From positions 1 to 55,100 of the IMG/VR virus record IMGVR_UViG_3300045256_000036: 55,100 bases of DNA, one strand, 5' to 3'. Each line of letters opens with the position of its first letter. The stretch's first letter is position 1. This DNA is from a virus. Lineage: Duplodnaviria > Caudoviricetes. Both the position numbers and the translations under genes were made by a program. Below are positions 45,495-55,064 of this stretch, one piece after another. Below the pieces are notes generated by a model. That model did no database searches and was not told the origin of the DNA. It saw only the letters and a list, made by a program, of their open reading frames with translations.

Positions 45495-46221
45495 ACTGTA
45501 CCGGGTCCTCCCTTCCCGCGATCCTAAAGGCCTCTTTCCGACCTATGCAAGTCGGGCAGACGCCGCAGTGAAGTTCGCCGCCATTGTAGCAGGAATACGT
45601 CAACTCAAGAGGCAGCCCGAGTCGAGCTCCTACGTTGACGATGTCTGCCTTAGTCGACCACTGGAACGGCGTCAGTAGTCGAACTCTTTGATACGAGCCG
45701 ATGTAGATGCTATTCATCATAGCACCGTTGAACTCAGGCGTGCAGTCGGGATATGCCCAGTTGTGAGCATCCTCTGCATGTGCTCCATACCAGATCTCAA
45801 CAGGAGGACGATCGGCATGAGCCCTTCCAAGGAACTCAGCTGACTTCGCATTCTCTGCGTCGAACTTCAGAGCCAGAGCAGTTGCGATGCTGAGAAAGGT
45901 AGCATTCCTAAAAGGAACGTAAGTCGGAGACGGCCCAACACTCTCAGCTAACTCTTCATAGGTAAGTTCAGGATTCGGCTTATCAGGATCAACAAGCGTC
46001 GACCCAGCACCTCTGAAGATGTCGATAGGAAGAGAAACGTTCATTCTCTTCACTCTGAAGATGTCGCATACCTTCTGCGCTGCTTCGAGTTCTCTTGAGT
46101 GTTTCTGACCGTAAGAGATTCCCAAGCTAACGATCTCTTTAGACGTGAACTTCTGAAAAGCCAAGCCTAAAACAACAGTAGAGTCTAGTCCACCCGAGTG
46201 TAATACGATCGCCTTGATCAT
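45484..46221 (-). CDS. queC: 7-cyano-7-deazaguanine (preQ0) synthase
   Basis: SGGLDS, YGQKH, VPFRN, YPDC, SCY...CGVCPTC; start chosen from the RBS. Confidence 0.95.
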   Translation of the reverse strand: MIKAIVLHSGGLDSTVVLGLAFQKFTSKEIVSLGISYGQKHSRELEAAQKVCDIFRVKRMNVSLPIDIFRGAGSTLVDPDKPNPELTYEELAESVGPSPTYVPFRNATFLSIATALALKFDAENAKSAEFLGRAHADRPPVEIWYGAHAEDAHNWAYPDCTPEFNGAMMNSIYIGSYQRVRLLTPFQWSTKADIVNVGARLGLPLELTYSCYNGGELHCGVCPTCIGRKEAFRIAGREDPVQYEL

Positions 46222-46248
46222 CTTGGACCTTTCCTTAAGCAAACAAAG

Positions 46249-46285
46249 AAGCCGAGACCCACTCTTGCGAATGAGTCCCGGCTTT
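46249..46285 (-). terminator. intrinsic terminator after the SSB gene
   Basis: aagccgggactcattc-gcaa-gagtgggtctcggctt followed by ctttgtttg. Confidence 0.6.
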
Positions 46286-46340
46286 CCTTGCGGAGTTACA
46301 GGACGCTTACGCTGCCTGCTTTGTTACTGCGCTACTGTTG

Positions 46341-46892
46341 TTAGGCAGTCTGCAGGAAGGATTCGCCGCCAAGGGGAAGAAGATCGCGAATGTTGTTCCG
46401 CGACTCAACCTTACCGGAATCCTTGTTCTTCTGCTTGGTTACCACAACCTTGAGTCTGCAGCGACCCTCAGTAGGACCGTTCATCAGGATCTCATCGATC
46501 TTGCTCAACTGAACGCGAGCCATGTCAACGTTCGGATTGAGTACCAGAACAGCCTTCTTGAGAGCACGCTTGCCACGATCATTGTGGAGAGTGCAGTAAT
46601 GCCACAGACGGCGCCCATTCACCTTGCCGCGCTCGTCATCGTTGTCATCGACTTCGAAGACGACTTCGACCATGGGGTTGCCGGCCTTGCTCTCCTTGAA
46701 CGTGGCCTCGACTACGAAGCACTCGTAATCGGCAGCAGGAATCGGATCGAAGTCAGAAGCATTCTCGTCGACATCGACCAGAGAGATGATATCATCTCCG
46801 AGATCGAAACCTCCGCCATTGCTTCCGCCATCGTTCCCCTTGATAGCCGACTCTGCATCGAACTGGTCAAGGTCTACGGTTTCCATACTCAT
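46341..46892 (-). CDS. DUF669-like single-stranded DNA-binding protein
   Basis: FDPIPAADY...SKAGNPMV...RNNI pattern; follows the AAA ATPase. Confidence 0.75.
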   Translation of the reverse strand: MSMETVDLDQFDAESAIKGNDGGSNGGGFDLGDDIISLVDVDENASDFDPIPAADYECFVVEATFKESKAGNPMVEVVFEVDDNDDERGKVNGRRLWHYCTLHNDRGKRALKKAVLVLNPNVDMARVQLSKIDEILMNGPTEGRCRLKVVVTKQKNKDSGKVESRNNIRDLLPLGGESFLQTA

Positions 46893-47007
46893 GGCTTTTT
46901 AGCCTTTCGAACAATGCCAGATGCCCTCTGGCGGGGGTGGAGACGCTGAAGGGCTGTATCGGATGAACCATGATCAATCGTAATGATTGGTGGCATCCTC
47001 AACGTTC

Positions 47008-47985
47008 CTAGCCTCCACTCTTTACCAACTTCATGATGTCCTGCATTGTGGGGTTAACCAAGAATGCAGGCGAGTTGGGAAATCTACTTTTTGCCTGATA
47101 TCCAGAACCAGGCTGAAGGAAAAGAATACGCGCTTTATTTCCGTTAGCATCCGTTTTCATAGCATAGTAGCCTACCATATCCAGGAAGCCTGGAACTTCA
47201 GCTGCTAGTGCTTTAGGCAGATTAAGAACGATCGTAGCACGCTTGTTCTTGTCCTCTACAATCTTTTCTGAACAGACTAGCAGAACATGGTAAGGCATAT
47301 CTCGAAGCGTACGCACGAGCAGCCTAGTCATGTTAGTAGTCTGACCCCATTCATCCCATTCAGGCTTCGCGAGTTCTTCGTCCAATCTAGCTTTACCGAT
47401 GTCTATGCCCATGAGCATATACATGTTCAGCTTTTGAAGCTCAGTGAACGAGTCGATGATAACAGTCTTGAACCTACGAAGTTCTCCGTTGCGAGGATCT
47501 TTCTCAGGGTCGATGAGTCGAGCCTGATGCCTTATCATGTTGTCGACTGTTTCGGTTAGCTTAGTTCGTGCTGCTTCAAGTATTTTAGCTTCTGACTCGT
47601 TAAGCTCCGATTTAGTCTCTAGCTTCTTGATGATGTCGATACACTTGTTCTCGAGCGTTCTGAGGTTTGCGTGTGCCTTCAGCCACTCATAGATCTTCTG
47701 GATCTTTTTGTACTCTCTGATCGGTATGAGATCAAGTGTAGGTCGTTCCTGGAGAGTTAAGTCTCCTGACTCAATGTCGATGAAGAGTACATCATTCATC
47801 GTCTCAACGTCCATAGCTGTTGCTACGAGATGAGTTTTACCTACACCGAACTCTCCGAAGACAGCTGCGTTCAGCCAACGCTCTGCTCTGACTGGATGAC
47901 TAACCATCAAGTCACTTTGCGGAGGAGCCCCCGTTCCTGCATGCTGGCCTGTAGTTCCTGTGGATTGGGGAGTCGGTCCCGCCAT
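47008..47985 (-). CDS. AAA_24 / Sak4-like recombination ATPase
   Basis: GEFGVGKT, IDIESG, VIIDSFTEL, AKSR. Confidence 0.8.
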   Translation of the reverse strand: MAGPTPQSTGTTGQHAGTGAPPQSDLMVSHPVRAERWLNAAVFGEFGVGKTHLVATAMDVETMNDVLFIDIESGDLTLQERPTLDLIPIREYKKIQKIYEWLKAHANLRTLENKCIDIIKKLETKSELNESEAKILEAARTKLTETVDNMIRHQARLIDPEKDPRNGELRRFKTVIIDSFTELQKLNMYMLMGIDIGKARLDEELAKPEWDEWGQTTNMTRLLVRTLRDMPYHVLLVCSEKIVEDKNKRATIVLNLPKALAAEVPGFLDMVGYYAMKTDANGNKARILFLQPGSGYQAKSRFPNSPAFLVNPTMQDIMKLVKSGG

Positions 47986-49106
47986 GATTTGACCTCTTTC
48001 CTATGAACGTACGATTCGTCGATGATGTGTTGCCAGTCTGCTTCGTCATCCATTGCCAAGCAGACACCTTGGAATCCGCAGTCCCAACTACAATCTCTAG
48101 TTGGATTGGGATAGAGTGGTAACTCTCCGAACCTAGCTTTGATCATGTCATTAGCTTCCGACATGATCTTCCACTCTTCAGAACTGACTTGCTGAGACGG
48201 ACGCCTTACTTCATCAGTTCGAATGAATGGATCTCCTTCCTTAGCATCTCGTTCTTTTAGGTATGCTAGGAATTGCAGATACTTAGGAGGAACTTGAGAA
48301 GAGTTCGTTCCGTATCGCTTGATGACTTCCTTAACATACAACTTGAACGATGTGCCTTGGTTCTTGTTAACGCTCAGTGATCCATCCTGAAGCTCCATAG
48401 GAGGTCCAGGCAACTGCTTCATAAGTTGCATGTAGATCATTCCCTCAGGAAGAACGTTATACAACTTATGCGCGCCCCAGCAGTAAGCTGTTACCTGAGG
48501 ATCAAGCGGTAGCTTATGTGGCTGGTAGCGTGCAGCTGTCTTGTAGTCTAGGATCCACCATCTGCCTTGTTCATCTGTAACGACACGATCCCACGTACCG
48601 TTATAGAATGCTTTGTGTCCTTCGACTTCTATGTCGAGATCAACAAGCCAGTTAACCTCGACCATAGGGACTGTTTTACCTTCGGCATTCTCAAGCCAAA
48701 CAGTCTTGTAGGGAAAGTCTTTAGACCACTGTTTGTAGTAGCCCATCATTCCTAATCCAAGTTCAATGTGATCTTGGATGTCGGATGGATGGTTCTTCTT
48801 CGTAGCTACTACGTAAGCATAGAAGGCAACTCTAGGATCTCCATAGACATTGTAGCCATGGAAGTCTTCTAGAGCGAAATGAATACCTGAGCCAAACCAA
48901 AGAGGAGCAGGTGCCTCTCCATCCACAACGTAGTTGCCCATCAGAGGACTCTGAAGGCTCCACTTCCGTCGACATCTCTTGAACAGAATTCTGTCAGACG
49001 TATGGATGTTGAGAACTTTTAGTGTGGGAGGATCTTCCAGATCCGATGTGGGGTTAAGGATCGCAGTTAGATCGATTTGATCTAAGTTGAAGAGGTCGTC
49101 TGTCAT
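47907..49106 (-). CDS. PD-(D/E)xK exonuclease (Cas4/RecB-like, phage recombination)
   Basis: FKRCRRKW, FGSGIHFALE, GTWD, LDYKT, Q...Y, C-terminal CSWDC...C. Confidence 0.85.
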   Translation of the reverse strand: MTDDLFNLDQIDLTAILNPTSDLEDPPTLKVLNIHTSDRILFKRCRRKWSLQSPLMGNYVVDGEAPAPLWFGSGIHFALEDFHGYNVYGDPRVAFYAYVVATKKNHPSDIQDHIELGLGMMGYYKQWSKDFPYKTVWLENAEGKTVPMVEVNWLVDLDIEVEGHKAFYNGTWDRVVTDEQGRWWILDYKTAARYQPHKLPLDPQVTAYCWGAHKLYNVLPEGMIYMQLMKQLPGPPMELQDGSLSVNKNQGTSFKLYVKEVIKRYGTNSSQVPPKYLQFLAYLKERDAKEGDPFIRTDEVRRPSQQVSSEEWKIMSEANDMIKARFGELPLYPNPTRDCSWDCGFQGVCLAMDDEADWQHIIDESYVHRKEVKSWRDRLPNPQELQASMQERGLLRKVT

Positions 49107-49165
49107 GTGCCCTTCCCAGCCTATCTCTCAAGCTGTAGGAGTGAGGATGCACTGCTTGCTAATTA

Positions 49166-49195
49166 ATTATAACACATTTCCTATGGAGTTTCCAA
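49166..49195 (-). promoter_or_regulatory. promoter with CTCCAT box
   Basis: ttggaa-actccataggaaatgtgt-tataat, 18-bp spacer. Confidence 0.7.
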
Positions 49196-49219
49196 AATTG
49201 ATCCAAAAGTGACTCCCGA

Positions 49220-50764
49220 TTATGCTGCCCGATCTAGAATCAGACTGTGTGTCTTAGTCTTGTTGTCTAGGATTAACATCTGTTGACTCTCAACCGAGTT
49301 CATTACGATTGGGTAATAGATATTAACCGGATTGACTGTGTGAAATCGGTGGAGTCGGTCCTCAGCCTGCAGCATATCATCTGGTGCGTCACACAGTCCT
49401 GAAGCAGCTGCCATTGAACACTCTTGAGCTATATCCCAGCCTACACCCATCTGAGTAGTGTAGTAGAGAACGCTCGGTTTGTTCTTTCTAAAGTCGTCGA
49501 GAGCTTTGTCGTTCTCGGCAGGCTTTCTACGCCCTGTGATATAGAAGCAAGGAATACCTGTAGCTTCTTGCACTCGGTAAGAGTTGATCATGGCAGCATC
49601 AACGTAGGGAGTAAACACAGCAAAACGTTCTCCCTCGTCAGCAGCTTGCTTCACCAAGTCAATGATTACAGGTTCATGAGGGCTAGGAATCTCATGGCCC
49701 AACATCGTAGGACAGCACAGTAGCTGCCTCAACCTAGTTCGAAGTCCGCCTCTGTTAGCCGCTACGATAGTAGGCAGTTCTTCGCCTTGGTCATCATCGC
49801 CTTGATAAATCAATTCGGAGTCTAACTCCTTATAGATCTTAGCAATGTTGGAAGGCATTTCAATCGGAATATGTAGCCTCTGCTTAGGAGGTAGCTGACT
49901 TAGAACGTCTTTCTTAAGTCTCCGAATGCCGTACTGAGCTAAGAGCCTACGAAGCTTGGCAGGATCTTTTACTCCTAGATACTCAATCCCTCCGAACTCA
50001 CCTCTCATCGTGGCGATGTGCTCGCCAACGAACTTCCAAAAAGAAGAGAACTGTTTCGGGTCAATGAGATGAAGGTATCCCCATAACTGCTCAACACCCT
50101 TCTTCATAGGTGTTCCAGTTACGAAGAACAGCCTCTCACTGTTGCTAGAATGGAACTCGGCAGCCTTGTATACTGCAGTGCTTTTGTTAGCTAGCCCGTT
50201 ACGATGAGGCTCATCAAAGGTAATTGAGTTCCAGCCTTTGACGTTAAGCTTGGCGAGTGTAGGGTAGGTAGTTAGAACGAAATAAGGTCGTCCAGTCTGA
50301 GTGAGTCTCTTCCACTCTTGAACGCCTTTAGTTCTTTCTCGCTCTGGGCCAAATACTCTACAGGAGGAAGCATCAGGCCACCACTTCTTGATCTCGTTCT
50401 CCCAGACACGGAAGACCATAGTAGGACACACTACAAGGTTGTGTCTACTGTTGGCAATTCTCAAGGACAGGATTGTCTGAGGGGTCTTGCCAAGACCCAT
50501 CTGGTCGAACAGAAGTGCACGCTTCCTTTCGTAAAGAAAGGCTGTACCAAACTTCTGATAAGGTCGTTCCTTATCGAGATCCTCTACGAGAGCCTGAATG
50601 GAAGGAGCTTCTTCCGGGTTTGTTGCTGCGTGGGCTATCTTTGAGGTGATCCCAGTCTTTTCCAACAACTGGTTCAGGTCGAGTTCGCTTGCCCCTGTGG
50701 AGAATCCAGTAGCATCCGTGCCGGACTGCGTCGTTGATGTGGTTGGCGTCATCTTTTCCAACAC
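49220..50764 (-). CDS. SNF2-family helicase
   Basis: PYQ, DQMGLGKT, DEPH, TGTP, RRLKKDV, QAEDRLHR. Confidence 0.9.
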   Translation of the reverse strand: MLEKMTPTTSTTQSGTDATGFSTGASELDLNQLLEKTGITSKIAHAATNPEEAPSIQALVEDLDKERPYQKFGTAFLYERKRALLFDQMGLGKTPQTILSLRIANSRHNLVVCPTMVFRVWENEIKKWWPDASSCRVFGPERERTKGVQEWKRLTQTGRPYFVLTTYPTLAKLNVKGWNSITFDEPHRNGLANKSTAVYKAAEFHSSNSERLFFVTGTPMKKGVEQLWGYLHLIDPKQFSSFWKFVGEHIATMRGEFGGIEYLGVKDPAKLRRLLAQYGIRRLKKDVLSQLPPKQRLHIPIEMPSNIAKIYKELDSELIYQGDDDQGEELPTIVAANRGGLRTRLRQLLCCPTMLGHEIPSPHEPVIIDLVKQAADEGERFAVFTPYVDAAMINSYRVQEATGIPCFYITGRRKPAENDKALDDFRKNKPSVLYYTTQMGVGWDIAQECSMAAASGLCDAPDDMLQAEDRLHRFHTVNPVNIYYPIVMNSVESQQMLILDNKTKTHSLILDRAA

Positions 50765-51206
50765 TATGCTTGTAGTAACCCCAGGCCTTGAGTTTGGTAT
50801 CAGTGCAGAACTTTGTTGCGTCAGCTGGCGTTTGAAAGTAGAGCTCCACCTTCTGCTGCAAGCAAATCAACTGCAGTGCGCCTATGAAGCGTGGCACGGG
50901 GAAGTCTGACCATGTTTGCTCTTTACGAGCCCATGGATACAACACGTACTCTTCCACAACTACGACATCTGGCTTGAGAGTCTTGATGAGGTTCTCAAGC
51001 GACAGCATGTCATAGTCTTTGATCACACCACGCTGCTTTAGCTTGCCCTTCTCGAAGAAGGCAATACCAGTAGTGCCTCCAGGATCAAGAGCAAGAAGTC
51101 GTTCGGGGATGTAGGCGTTGAGGCCTCTAATCTCCCCCACCAGTTGGAGAAAGTCCACTGCTTTGACTTTGTAGTGTGAGATGCTTTTGCATCGTGGTCT
51201 CCTCAT
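50571..51206 (-). CDS. RuvC-like Holliday junction resolvase
   Basis: LALDPGGTTGIA, VVVEEY, HINDAVRH; start uncertain. Confidence 0.75.
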   Translation of the reverse strand: MRRPRCKSISHYKVKAVDFLQLVGEIRGLNAYIPERLLALDPGGTTGIAFFEKGKLKQRGVIKDYDMLSLENLIKTLKPDVVVVEEYVLYPWARKEQTWSDFPVPRFIGALQLICLQQKVELYFQTPADATKFCTDTKLKAWGYYKHSVGKDDANHINDAVRHGCYWILHRGKRTRPEPVVGKDWDHLKDSPRSNKPGRSSFHSGSRRGSR

Positions 51207-51318
51207 TGCGAAATCTTCATAACAGAAAAGACCTTGGATCTCAACGAGACTCGATGAACAGTGGCTGACAATCTCTGCCCTCTCTTGACAGGAGTTGAGT
51301 CTCTCCACCCAAGGCCAA

Positions 51319-51390
51319 AAGGCTAGCCAGGAATCGAACCTGAGACCAACCGATTATAAGTCGGCTGCTCTACCACTGAGCTACTAGCCT
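51319..51390 (-). tRNA. tRNA-Ile (anticodon UAU), CCA not encoded
   Basis: aggctag ta gctc agtggta gagc a gccga cttataa tcggt tggtc tcagg ttcgatt cctgg ctagcct t. Confidence 0.9.
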
Positions 51391-51421
51391 TACCACCTAA
51401 CATCTGGAACCGCAGCGGAGG

Positions 51422-52132
51422 TTAGATGTTAAGGTCGGTGATCTCTTCGTCCTCACCGTCTCCGGACTGAGGAGCTGCTGCCGCAGAGCTCTCGCTCGAA
51501 GCCGTATGCTCCTCTTCCTCGACCGTGTGAGCCCACTCGCCGAGATCGATGATGTCTCCAGCATCCTGGACGCCTGCAGCCTCGAGAGCCCTCATACCCG
51601 AACCGCCACGGGTTCCGGTCTCCTCGAGAACCTCGATGCCTTCGTCCTTCAGCTTCTTGGAAGCTTGATACACCGTACCGTAGGCGATCTTGATGCCCTG
51701 CTCCTTAAGAGCACGAACCACACCCTGACGAGACATCTTCGGACGCTCATCCGAACCCCTTAGCAGGTCGCGAATGACGTCAGTCTGGAACTGCTCCTTG
51801 CCATCGAAGACGATCTTCTTACCCGAACGGGTAGTGGTAGTCGAGGTCTGCTCAGACCCGATCTTCTGGAGCTCGTTCTTGTTCGTAGCCTGGAACACGA
51901 CCTGGAACGAACATTCGTGGTTGCAGACTTCCTCAAGGAACTTGACGATCTGTCCTCGGTTACCCTTCTGAACTTTCATACCCGGCCAGCCCTCAGGCGT
52001 GCCATTGATGAAGAGGTGCTGAATCAGTGACTTACGAGCTACGGTCGTACCCTTCTTGAAGGGATTCGATACATAGATCGTTCGGCCCTGATTCTCGACG
52101 ATCTCAGGTACAGTAGCAGTAGCTTCGCTCAT
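51422..52132 (-). CDS. tandem HTH-like protein, divergent member of the YQxVYN family, acidic tail
   Basis: RGQIVKFL...CSFQVVFQAT and RQGVVRAL...IAYGTVYQAS; start moved to MSEATATV because a promoter lies in the track's 5' extension. Confidence 0.6.
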   Translation of the reverse strand: MSEATATVPEIVENQGRTIYVSNPFKKGTTVARKSLIQHLFINGTPEGWPGMKVQKGNRGQIVKFLEEVCNHECSFQVVFQATNKNELQKIGSEQTSTTTTRSGKKIVFDGKEQFQTDVIRDLLRGSDERPKMSRQGVVRALKEQGIKIAYGTVYQASKKLKDEGIEVLEETGTRGGSGMRALEAAGVQDAGDIIDLGEWAHTVEEEEHTASSESSAAAAPQSGDGEDEEITDLNI

Positions 52133-52243
52133 TTCGAACTTTCCGCCTTCTCGAGATAGGAGCATCTGCATGATTGCAGAGGTGCTCGGTGTTATCCCTT
52201 CCCCACTATATAGAGGGGTTGAGGGGATTCTAAATCCATGATT

Positions 52244-52273
52244 ATTATAATGCAATAACCATGGAGTTATCAA
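52244..52273 (-). promoter_or_regulatory. promoter with CTCCAT box
   Basis: ttgata-actccatggttattgcat-tataat, 18-bp spacer. Confidence 0.75.
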
Positions 52274-52317
52274 GGCCATTATGGAGTAGCTTTTTGCCCA
52301 ATTGATGTACTCTTAGG

Positions 52318-52581
52318 CTAAACTCTCTCCGCTTGACACTTGAGAACATTTTCTTCCGCCTGGGCACAGCCCTCCTTGTATAGTGCCTCTACATAAGCAC
52401 TACGCTCAGGACCTTCCGGCCGACACATAATCTGAGTATGCACGGCCCTTGCTTCTGGGCCCACGACCTTAACCACTGGAGCTTCAGCTGAGTGAGAGTC
52501 GTAGAGTGTGATTGATGGAACACCGTGGTACAGTGATTCGCCACGCAACGACGACACCAAGAACTTGTACTGACCTGTCAT
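52318..52581 (-). CDS. hypothetical protein
   Basis: ATGA overlap with the primase stop. Confidence 0.55.
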   Translation of the reverse strand: MTGQYKFLVSSLRGESLYHGVPSITLYDSHSAEAPVVKVVGPEARAVHTQIMCRPEGPERSAYVEALYKEGCAQAEENVLKCQAERV

Positions 52582-54941
52582 TGTACTTCCTTTCCGTTTC
52601 TGTTACTACTGACGCTAACCTTGGGCGGCTGCACTCGGTAGTACGTTTGGTTATGTCTCTTGAAGGGAACGAGACCGACTACTTCACTAATATCGTACTC
52701 ATGGGTTCCAATGTAACGACCGAGCCTAACAGGATTCTTGAGTACCTGTAGATGACTGTAACGATCGTCCATGTCTCTGACAACCCAATTGACAATATCA
52801 GAGGCACTAACCTCCTTAGGAGGCTTCTCACTTGAACTAACTTCAACAACGAACTGCTTAAGTGCTTCCATGATAGGATCGCTATCAACGATCGTCATCT
52901 GAACAGCACTAAAGAGAGGAGCGATACACTCCTTCATCTCATCGCCTTTACCCATCGCCTCTCCCATGAGAAGCAACGACTGCTCGAAGTGAACTAGTCG
53001 ATGCGAAGACAGATAGTTGTTATTCCATTTGTGTTCAGCTAACTCCATGAATTTACGAACCATCCGAAGATGATCCATAACCCATAGAGCTCGACCTGTT
53101 CCACTTATCTGTCTTTCATACCACATCGGATCTCGCTGACCCTTAGGAATCGCTTTGAAGTTAAGTCCTAAGGATCTTTGAATGATGTCAGGTTTCCAGA
53201 ACGGACATCGAATGGACGTTATTGCAAACGTACAATCGATAGGCCATGTTCCTGATTCGAGAGTCGTGTAGAGCTTACGCATCTCGACTTTAGGGTCCGG
53301 ATCTGTAACGAGGCGGGCGAGTTCGTCGGACATATGGTCCTTTAGTTCTCTCGACGGCTCTCCCAGATTGTCGCAAACCCACATCCCTGGTGCGTTGGTG
53401 AGCTGAGCGTACCAGTCCTTCTGAGTAGGAGGAGGATTGTCGAGGCTCGGCTTTCCAGTTAGGATAGCTTTCCTCAAGTTGTACAAGAAAGTCTTGCCGG
53501 AGTTCGGTTCCGCTACGACTAGTTCTACAGGCAGCATCAGCCCACGCCACCGCCTCAGCCAAGGCGATAAGTAGAATAATGCGGCCACAACTAATCGAGT
53601 CTGCTCGATCGTCATTCCCGGAAACGGTTGTAGGTTCACACTCTCCAGAGTCTTCAACCATCTCGGCTCTTCCTCGCTATCTCTGGTAAGGAGATCAGGC
53701 GAAATGTGTAGAGGCTCTACTTGACCTGAAAGGAACAGAACACCATCTGTTCCATTGTCGACGAAGCTAATACCTTGAGAGGTTACCTTCGCCAAAGCAG
53801 AGTCTGACAACTGAAAGTAGAAAGCCCTTCTTCCGGCATACGTAACTCTTCTAGGAGTCGTCGTCTTGAGGCCTCCTCCAGAGGCGAACAAGTCAGCGAT
53901 TCTTCCCATGAGCTGAGTATCGGTAGCTCCGACTCCAAACTGGTCCTGTATAAAGGATCCAAAGCTGCTGAGTCGTATCTGCCTGATCTCTGCTGACTCC
54001 CATCTGAACTGATGAAGAATGTGCGTTTGCGAATCCCAGTAGTAGTAACTTCCATTAGCTGGGTCGACAAATCTTCTTCCCCTCGAATCGAGCGCATTAA
54101 GAACAGCACGAGCGGCTTTAACGCAGTCTGATCTCTTAAGGCGTCTCGAATCCAGAAGTCTACGCAACCACGAACGAAGCCTTGGATGTTCTGGAACTCT
54201 TCGCTCGAGGGTGTAAAAAGCTTCGGCTCCTTCAGCAATGAGAAAGTCATCAAGTCCGCGTCGTTCACCTTCTTCTCCATGAGGAATCATAACCTGGCGA
54301 ACTGTAGCACCTTGTTCTTCAAGCCACATAGCTAACTCGAAGGCGGCTCGCTGAACCTCTGACTTGCTGTCGGCATCAGAGTCGAAGCAGATCTCAACCA
54401 GTCGACCCTCCCAGTTGATCTGGAGAAGTTCAGGAGCTACCATCTCCTCGACTTCGTCCATGTCAACTCCACGAAGATCGACCGTTAGCTTCTCGCCGTG
54501 TTCTTTACAAGAACTGATATCGACTTTCAGCTTTCTAGAACGCCAACTGTTAACTCCGCCTAGTGCTATCGTGTCGATACCTTCCTGACACGCTTTAGCT
54601 GCCTTCTTCTCACCTTCAGTAATGCGAAGTGGAAAGCCAGGATCTTGAAAGACTTCAGGATCGATTAGAGGTGGAAGGTATACTCTAGTGATCGATCCGT
54701 TTGGTTGCATGTACCGAATTTCATCACCCTTGATGACTAGAGGCGGGAGAAACCTAATTCGGTAAAAGTCAGGGTAGCGATCTCCTTTGAGATCGAAGTA
54801 GGGGATTAAATATCCTTCCTGGTCATGCTTCGACTTTGAAGCGAACTTATCCAACTCCGTTGCGGTGAGAGAGCGAATTTGCATCGCCTCGATTGTTGAA
54901 TCGGAGAGACCGCTCCGATCAAGATCTTCTTTTGGAGTCAT
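52578..54941 (-). CDS. Toprim (DUF3854-like) primase fused to a P-loop helicase
   Basis: YLIPY, ITEGEKKA, ALGGV..W, CFDSD, GLDDFL; Walker A AEPNSGKT, Walker B VCDN, RKLYT. Confidence 0.85.
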   Translation of the reverse strand: MTPKEDLDRSGLSDSTIEAMQIRSLTATELDKFASKSKHDQEGYLIPYFDLKGDRYPDFYRIRFLPPLVIKGDEIRYMQPNGSITRVYLPPLIDPEVFQDPGFPLRITEGEKKAAKACQEGIDTIALGGVNSWRSRKLKVDISSCKEHGEKLTVDLRGVDMDEVEEMVAPELLQINWEGRLVEICFDSDADSKSEVQRAAFELAMWLEEQGATVRQVMIPHGEEGERRGLDDFLIAEGAEAFYTLERRVPEHPRLRSWLRRLLDSRRLKRSDCVKAARAVLNALDSRGRRFVDPANGSYYYWDSQTHILHQFRWESAEIRQIRLSSFGSFIQDQFGVGATDTQLMGRIADLFASGGGLKTTTPRRVTYAGRRAFYFQLSDSALAKVTSQGISFVDNGTDGVLFLSGQVEPLHISPDLLTRDSEEEPRWLKTLESVNLQPFPGMTIEQTRLVVAALFYLSPWLRRWRGLMLPVELVVAEPNSGKTFLYNLRKAILTGKPSLDNPPPTQKDWYAQLTNAPGMWVCDNLGEPSRELKDHMSDELARLVTDPDPKVEMRKLYTTLESGTWPIDCTFAITSIRCPFWKPDIIQRSLGLNFKAIPKGQRDPMWYERQISGTGRALWVMDHLRMVRKFMELAEHKWNNNYLSSHRLVHFEQSLLLMGEAMGKGDEMKECIAPLFSAVQMTIVDSDPIMEALKQFVVEVSSSEKPPKEVSASDIVNWVVRDMDDRYSHLQVLKNPVRLGRYIGTHEYDISEVVGLVPFKRHNQTYYRVQPPKVSVSSNRNGKEVQ

Positions 54942-54997
54942 GTGATTTCAGCCGGAGCTCCTTGTTGAGTGATTTGATGTTGATGAAGCTCAAGAAA

Positions 54998-55027
54998 ATT
55001 ATAATCTATTTCCCATGGAGTTAACAA
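54998..55027 (-). promoter_or_regulatory. promoter with CTCCAT box for primase-helicase
   Basis: ttgtta-actccatgggaaatagat-tataat, 18-bp spacer. Confidence 0.75.
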
Positions 55028-55064
55028 GCAACTTCAAAAAGGTATTCCATGGTAATGGACTAAG

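Noticed and set aside
47907-49106. Cas4-like nuclease as evidence of a CRISPR system
   Set aside because: No repeat-spacer array or other cas genes; it sits in the usual exonuclease-ATPase-SSB recombination module
52133-52279. N-terminal extension of ORF 51422..52279
   Set aside because: Contains a consensus promoter (52244-52273); a better start with an RBS is at 52132
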